From: a virus
Lineage: Duplodnaviria; Caudoviricetes
Virus record (IMG/VR): IMGVR_UViG_3300020151_001303
Span: 1-42,361 of that record
DNA: 42,361 nucleotides
Strand: one strand, 5' to 3'
The notes below the pieces were generated by a model that had not been told where the DNA came from, did not search any database, and saw nothing but the letters and a program-made list of their open reading frames with translations. Position 1 is the stretch's first letter. The number at the start of each line of letters is the position of its first letter. Shown here in pieces: positions 37,139-42,361 of this stretch. Position numbers and translations under genes: made by a program.

Positions 37139-40100
37139 TGTCAGCAGCAAATTCGTCTAATATAACGACCATACAGATTCTACGGTCGTATTCAAATACT
37201 ACGCCATTAACACTACAAGATGGTCAATTAGCATACTCATTTGTATCTAATACTTTATTCATTGGTTCTAATACCGGTGTTAAAATTATTGGTGATCCAT
37301 CTACTGCTGTAAAATCTCAAGCCGCATACAATCAAGCAAATACAGCAACAGTTTTAGCCAATGCTGCCTATTTTCATGCCAATGGAGCTTTCTTAAAAGC
37401 TAATGCAGCCTTTGATAATTCAAACACAAAATTAAGTTTATCTGGTGGTACAATTACAGGACCAATTAGTGGACCAGGAGAATCTAAACTAGATTTTACT
37501 ACTTACGGTTCCAACACCGTATATCTAACAACCACTAATGATGATTCTACTGCATTGTTTATGGGGGCAATGTCTGCTGAGTTATACGCTAATACAAGTG
37601 TTCAAATTAGGGCCAATACTAAAGGGACATCACAAAATTGGACATTTGGTGCAGAAGGTACATTAACATTTCCTGATAACACAATTCAAACTACAGCTTA
37701 TACGCCTGGTGGTGAAATTGATGAATTGGCCAGAGCGACAGCTAATGCAGCCTATTTTCATGCCAATGGAGCATTTCTAAAAGCCAATGCATCTTTTAAT
37801 CAAGCCAACTTAACTATTGGTGTTGATGCTAGCCAAAACGTAAGGCTGGCTTTCAGTAACACCAGGATGGACATTAGTGATGGTGTTAATGCAAGTCAAA
37901 ACGTTCGGCTGGCTTTCAGTAATACCAGGATGGACATTAGTGATGGTGTTAACACAACACAAAATACAAGATTAACAGTAATTGAAAATACAGATTTAAG
38001 CCAAAACGTAAGATTAAATTTTAGTAATACTCGTATGGACATTAGTGATGGCGTTAATGCTAGCCAGAATTCTAGATTAGATTTTAGTAATAATAGGATG
38101 ACCATCATTGAAGGTGTAAATGTAACTCAAAACACCGACATAGCAAACAAATTAAGTTTAACGGGAGCAAGCTATCAAACTGTTTCTGGTAACGTTGCAT
38201 TTCTCAATGATGTTTCTGTATCAGGTAATTTAATTGTTCTTGGTAATACCATATCACTTAATGTGACCTCGCTTGAAGTAAAAGATACTCTAATTCAACT
38301 TGGTATAGGAAATTATAATACAGATGTATTAACTATCGGTTATGTTGGCCATTACAACGATGGAACAAATGCTCAAGCTGGTATGATTCGTGATGCGGGA
38401 ACGAAAGAGTTCTATGCATTTCAAGGTTACACACCAGGAGTAACAGGTAATACGGTCAACATTAATGATGCATCGTTTGCCAAGGCAAACATACAAGGCA
38501 ATTGGTTTAAAGGTAATCTAATTGCTACTACAGCAAGAGTTGGTGGTCTAGATGTAAATTCTAGATTAGATTTCAGCAATACTAGAATGGCGGTGATTGA
38601 AGGTACTGATTTAAGCCAGAATGTTCGGTTAAATTTCAGTAATACCCGCATGGACATTAGTGATGGTGTTAATGTTAGCCAGAACGTTAGGTTGAATTTT
38701 AGCAATACTCGTATGGACATTAGTGATGGTGTTAATTTAAGCCAGAATGTAAGGCTGGACTTTAGTAATACCCGTATGACCATCATAGAAGGTGTGGACG
38801 TTGGCCAAAACACCAGATTAACTGTATCTGAAGGTGTTGATTTAAGCCAGAACGTAAGAATTGATTATAGTAATACTGCTCTCAACATTGCACAAGGTGT
38901 TGATAACAGCCAGAATGTAAGGTTGGATTATAGCAATACGGCCATTACTATTATTCAAGGTGTAGATGTTGGACAGAATACTCGTTTAACTGTTATAGAA
39001 GGCACAGATGCTAGCCAAAACTCTAGGTTGGATTATAGCAACACCGCTCTTACGATTGCTCAAGGTATTGATAATAGCCAAAACGTAAGACTGGACTACA
39101 GCAATACAGCTATAACTATTATTCAAGGCGTAGATGTTGGTCAGAATTCTAGGATGACCATAGCTGATGGTGTTGATACAAGTCAAAACGTAAGACTGGA
39201 CTACAGCAATACAGCAATAACAATCATTCAAGGTGTTGACGTTACTCAAAACACCAGATTAACTGTTTCAGAAGGTGTTGATTTAAGCCAGAATGTTCGG
39301 TTAGATTTTAGCAATACTCGCATGACCATTATCGAAGGTGTTGATGTTGGCCAAAATACTAGACTTACTGTTTCAGAAGGCGTAGATTTAAGCCAGAACG
39401 TAAGGTTGGATTATAGTAATACAGCTCTTACTATTGCACAAGGTGTAGATAATAGCCAAAATGTTCGGTTAGATTTTAGTAATGCGGCCATCACCATAAT
39501 TCAAGGTACCGATACTACACAAAACACAAGACTTACTGTAATAGAAGGTACTGATGTAAGCCAAAATGTGAGGTTGGATTATAGTAATACTGCTATCACT
39601 ATTATTCAAGGTGTGGATGTTGGCCAGAACACCAGATTAACTGTATCTGAAGGCGTGGATTTAAGCCAAAATGTAAGGTTGGATTTTAGTAATACACGAA
39701 TGAATATTATTGATGGTGTTGATGCGGGTCAAAATGCTCGCATGACCATTATTGAAGGTGTGGATGTTACACAGAATACTGATATATCAAATCGATTAGC
39801 TTTATCTGGAGCAAGCCTTCAAACAGTTACAGGTAATGTTGTATTTGGTAATGATGTTACAGTAACAGGCAACTTGATTGTTCTTGGTAATACAATATCA
39901 CTTAATGTAAACTCGCTTGAAGTAGATGATACTTTAATTCAGCTTGGCATAGGAAATTATTACACAGATGCTCTATCGATTGGTTATGTTGGCCACTATA
40001 ACGATGGCACAAATGCTCACGCAGGATTTATTAGAGATGCGATAACAAAAGAGTTTTATGCGTTTCAAGGTTACACACCAGAAACGACAGGTAACACAGT

Positions 40101-41265
40101 CAATATCAATGATGCATCTTTTGCCAAAGCAAACATACAAGGCAATTGGTTTAAAGGTAATCTAATTGCCACCACGGCAAGAGTTGGTGGATTGGATATT
40201 AAAGACTTTGCTACTGCTGCTTTCAATCAAGCCAATACGGCTGATGTTCGTTCTACAGCTAGTTATTTCCATGCTAACGGAGCTTTCATTAAAGCCAATG
40301 CGGCATTTGACCAAGCCAATGTGACTATTGGTGTTGATGCGTCACAGAATTCTCGTATGACCATTATCGAAGGCACAGATTTAAGCCAGAATGTAAGGCT
40401 GGACTTCAGTAATACCCGCATGACCATTATTGAAGGTGTAGATGTCGGTCAAAACACCAGAATAACGGTGATTGAAGGTACAGACGTTGGTCAGAATTCT
40501 AGAATGTCTATTATTGAGAATACTGATTTAAGCCAGAATGTTCGGTTGGCTTTCAGTAACACCAGAATGGACATTAGTGATGGTGTTAATGCAAGTCAAA
40601 ACGTCAGAATAGATTATAGTAACACAGCAATTACCATTATTCAAGGTGTAGATGCTAGTCAAAACGTAAGATTGGCTTTCAGTAACACCAGGATGGACCT
40701 TAGTGATGGTGTTAATGCTAGCCAAAACGTTCGGTTAGATTTCAGTAACACGGCTATAAGTGCTACTGATGGTAAAATGCAGAACGCATATAACATAGCC
40801 AATACTGCCGATGTACGTTCCACATCTAGTTATTTTCATGCCAATGGTGCTTTCATTAGGGCTAATGCAGCATTTGACAGAGCAAATAGTCAAGTTGGGT
40901 TTGCAAGAATTTCTGTTTCAGGACAACCTGATGCATTAGCAAACATAGCAAATTCTGGTTTAACATTTGTTGCTGGTTCTGGTATGACCATCACCACAGT
41001 TGGCACATCCAATACTATAACATTTGCTTCAACTGGTGGTGGCGGTGCATCACTCTCTGGTTATTTGGCTAACACAATCATTGTAGCTAATTCAACAGGA
41101 TTTTTATCAAATAGTAATGCATTCTTTACCGCTTCTAATAATACATTAGCAACATCAAATGTATATGTAACCAATCGTGTTGGTTTTGCTAACGCTAATA
41201 ATATTTTAGTGGTCTATCAGGTCTATAACGCAAACACAAACTCTCTTGACACAATTTTTGGATAA
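37138..41265 (+). CDS. Long tail-fibre-like protein with heptad-multiple repeats and a duplicated domain
   Basis: IQILRS…P..L.DGQLAYSF..N.LFIG N-terminus; many SQNVRL.(F/Y)SN repeats. Confidence 0.8.
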   Translation: MSAANSSNITTIQILRSYSNTTPLTLQDGQLAYSFVSNTLFIGSNTGVKIIGDPSTAVKSQAAYNQANTATVLANAAYFHANGAFLKANAAFDNSNTKLSLSGGTITGPISGPGESKLDFTTYGSNTVYLTTTNDDSTALFMGAMSAELYANTSVQIRANTKGTSQNWTFGAEGTLTFPDNTIQTTAYTPGGEIDELARATANAAYFHANGAFLKANASFNQANLTIGVDASQNVRLAFSNTRMDISDGVNASQNVRLAFSNTRMDISDGVNTTQNTRLTVIENTDLSQNVRLNFSNTRMDISDGVNASQNSRLDFSNNRMTIIEGVNVTQNTDIANKLSLTGASYQTVSGNVAFLNDVSVSGNLIVLGNTISLNVTSLEVKDTLIQLGIGNYNTDVLTIGYVGHYNDGTNAQAGMIRDAGTKEFYAFQGYTPGVTGNTVNINDASFAKANIQGNWFKGNLIATTARVGGLDVNSRLDFSNTRMAVIEGTDLSQNVRLNFSNTRMDISDGVNVSQNVRLNFSNTRMDISDGVNLSQNVRLDFSNTRMTIIEGVDVGQNTRLTVSEGVDLSQNVRIDYSNTALNIAQGVDNSQNVRLDYSNTAITIIQGVDVGQNTRLTVIEGTDASQNSRLDYSNTALTIAQGIDNSQNVRLDYSNTAITIIQGVDVGQNSRMTIADGVDTSQNVRLDYSNTAITIIQGVDVTQNTRLTVSEGVDLSQNVRLDFSNTRMTIIEGVDVGQNTRLTVSEGVDLSQNVRLDYSNTALTIAQGVDNSQNVRLDFSNAAITIIQGTDTTQNTRLTVIEGTDVSQNVRLDYSNTAITIIQGVDVGQNTRLTVSEGVDLSQNVRLDFSNTRMNIIDGVDAGQNARMTIIEGVDVTQNTDISNRLALSGASLQTVTGNVVFGNDVTVTGNLIVLGNTISLNVNSLEVDDTLIQLGIGNYYTDALSIGYVGHYNDGTNAHAGFIRDAITKEFYAFQGYTPETTGNTVNINDASFAKANIQGNWFKGNLIATTARVGGLDIKDFATAAFNQANTADVRSTASYFHANGAFIKANAAFDQANVTIGVDASQNSRMTIIEGTDLSQNVRLDFSNTRMTIIEGVDVGQNTRITVIEGTDVGQNSRMSIIENTDLSQNVRLAFSNTRMDISDGVNASQNVRIDYSNTAITIIQGVDASQNVRLAFSNTRMDLSDGVNASQNVRLDFSNTAISATDGKMQNAYNIANTADVRSTSSYFHANGAFIRANAAFDRANSQVGFARISVSGQPDALANIANSGLTFVAGSGMTITTVGTSNTITFASTGGGGASLSGYLANTIIVANSTGFLSNSNAFFTASNNTLATSNVYVTNRVGFANANNILVVYQVYNANTNSLDTIFG
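37819..40780 (+). repeat. Three blocks of 21-aa/14-aa coding repeats (about 37819-38140, 38560-39780, 40330-40780) separated by two copies of a ~140-aa domain
   Basis: SQNVRLDFSNTRMTIIEGVDV and GQNTRLTVSEGVDL units; boundaries approximate. Confidence 0.9.
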
Positions 41266-41268
41266 TGA

Positions 41269-42333
41269 ATGCCTACAGTAACTCGATTAACTTCTAACGG
41301 AGTATTTCAAACAATTGGTGGTCTTGGTAGTTTTGATGAAATAAGCCTTGATTCTGGAAGTATTTTTTTAAATGGATCTATTTCAACTTATTTAACCACT
41401 TCCGATAATTCAGCATTTGCTTTTGGAACAAATGATTTTACAGTAGAGTATTTGATATACTCTTTATCTTTTAGTACCGCCGGAACTGTTTTTGATACTA
41501 GACTAACTTCTTCATCAACAAATGGATATGCAGACTACTTTAATACTAATGGTACGTTTGCTTTATTTATAAACAATACAACGATATTTACATCTCCTAA
41601 TTCTGTACCAATAAACGCTTGGACACACATTGCCGTTACAAGAAGTGGAACATCTTTAAAGGTTTTTATTAATGGTGTTCAAAGTGGTTCTACCATTACA
41701 AATAGTACAAATATGACAGATACCAAATGCTTGGTTGGTATTAATATAAACTTAGCAAATGCTTTTAATGGCTATATTTCCAATCTTCGTGTTGTTAAAG
41801 GAACAGCTTTATATACTGCCGATTTTACTCCACCAACAGCACCGTTAACACCTGTTGCAAATACATCTTTATTATTAACAGCAAGTCCACAAAATCCTTA
41901 TCTTGATTCTTCTAATAATAATTTTACAATAACCAGAAATGGTACACCAAGATTTAATTCAATTGGTCCATTTTATTATCCAGGAAACACTTCAATTAAT
42001 TTAGCAAACACCAATAATAATCCTGTATTAGGAAGTAACACAAATATTATTACTAGCACCACAAGTAATGGTGTTGTTATGGTGAGCGGAGAATTTGATG
42101 AAGTGAGTATGACTTCTCAAAGTTTACGGTTTAATGGCACGACAGGATATTTAACTATACCTAGTAATGATGCAGTTACTTTAGGTACCAACGCTTATAC
42201 AATTGAGATGTGGGTATATCCAAATAATAATTCTCAAAATGCTGGATTATTTCAATTAAGTTCTAGTGCCACTTATGTACAAATTACTCCGACAAATCAA
42301 TTATCAATACAATTATTTAATGTTATTATTTAA
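41269..42333 (+). CDS. LamG/concanavalin-A-like fibre or adhesion protein; second domain appears incomplete
   Basis: FGTNDFTVE…WTHIAVTRSG..L..FINGV…FNGYISNLRVVKGTALY..DFTPPT.PL. Confidence 0.8.
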   Translation: MPTVTRLTSNGVFQTIGGLGSFDEISLDSGSIFLNGSISTYLTTSDNSAFAFGTNDFTVEYLIYSLSFSTAGTVFDTRLTSSSTNGYADYFNTNGTFALFINNTTIFTSPNSVPINAWTHIAVTRSGTSLKVFINGVQSGSTITNSTNMTDTKCLVGININLANAFNGYISNLRVVKGTALYTADFTPPTAPLTPVANTSLLLTASPQNPYLDSSNNNFTITRNGTPRFNSIGPFYYPGNTSINLANTNNNPVLGSNTNIITSTTSNGVVMVSGEFDEVSMTSQSLRFNGTTGYLTIPSNDAVTLGTNAYTIEMWVYPNNNSQNAGLFQLSSSATYVQITPTNQLSIQLFNVII

Positions 42334-42361
42334 ATGATTGTATGTAAATTGCGTCACTTAA

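Noticed and set aside
420-40725. Other short antisense or nested ORFs in the track (e.g. 420-674, 1976-2284, 4156-4437, 5956-6261, 38427-38813)
   Set aside because: They overlap well-supported genes and show no recognisable motifs; 5956-6261(+) is the antisense of the gp51 region.
37819-40780. CRISPR array or DGR template/variable repeats
   Set aside because: Repeats are in-frame coding units varying mostly at synonymous sites, with no unique spacers and no RT or cas gene in the window.
1-42361. Stop-codon reassignment, tRNA or rRNA genes
   Set aside because: Conserved genes translate full length in the standard code and end in all three stops; no cloverleaf or rRNA-like sequence was seen in the short intergenic gaps.

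Overview
AT-rich segment of a large T4-like myophage genome. The left end holds late-transcription and replication genes (SleB-like hydrolase, gp33, gp59, HAD nucleotidase, gp32). A minus-strand block follows (gp4, gp2, tail-tube-family gene, gp26/gp51, two paralogous tape-measure-position proteins, one with a GH19 domain). A long plus-strand baseplate/fibre block closes the window (gp48, gp53, hub, split gp5, gp25, gp6, gp7, gp8, large VrlC-like protein, several fibres). The most unusual locus is about 14.6-20.5 kb. There a gp38-like glycine-rich adhesin gene is split in two at a loop between polyglycine tracts, with a radical SAM/SPASM-like gene between the halves. The second half starts with a short basic leader plus CGAC. 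Downstream lie a fibre chaperone, its paralogue, a divergent ATP-grasp protein, a Bug/TctC-like binding protein and an outer-membrane beta-barrel. This may be a RiPP-like system that modifies or rejoins a receptor-binding protein. A candidate -1 frameshift (T TTT TTC) links gp26 to gp51. All family calls come from motif recognition and gene order; no database search was run.
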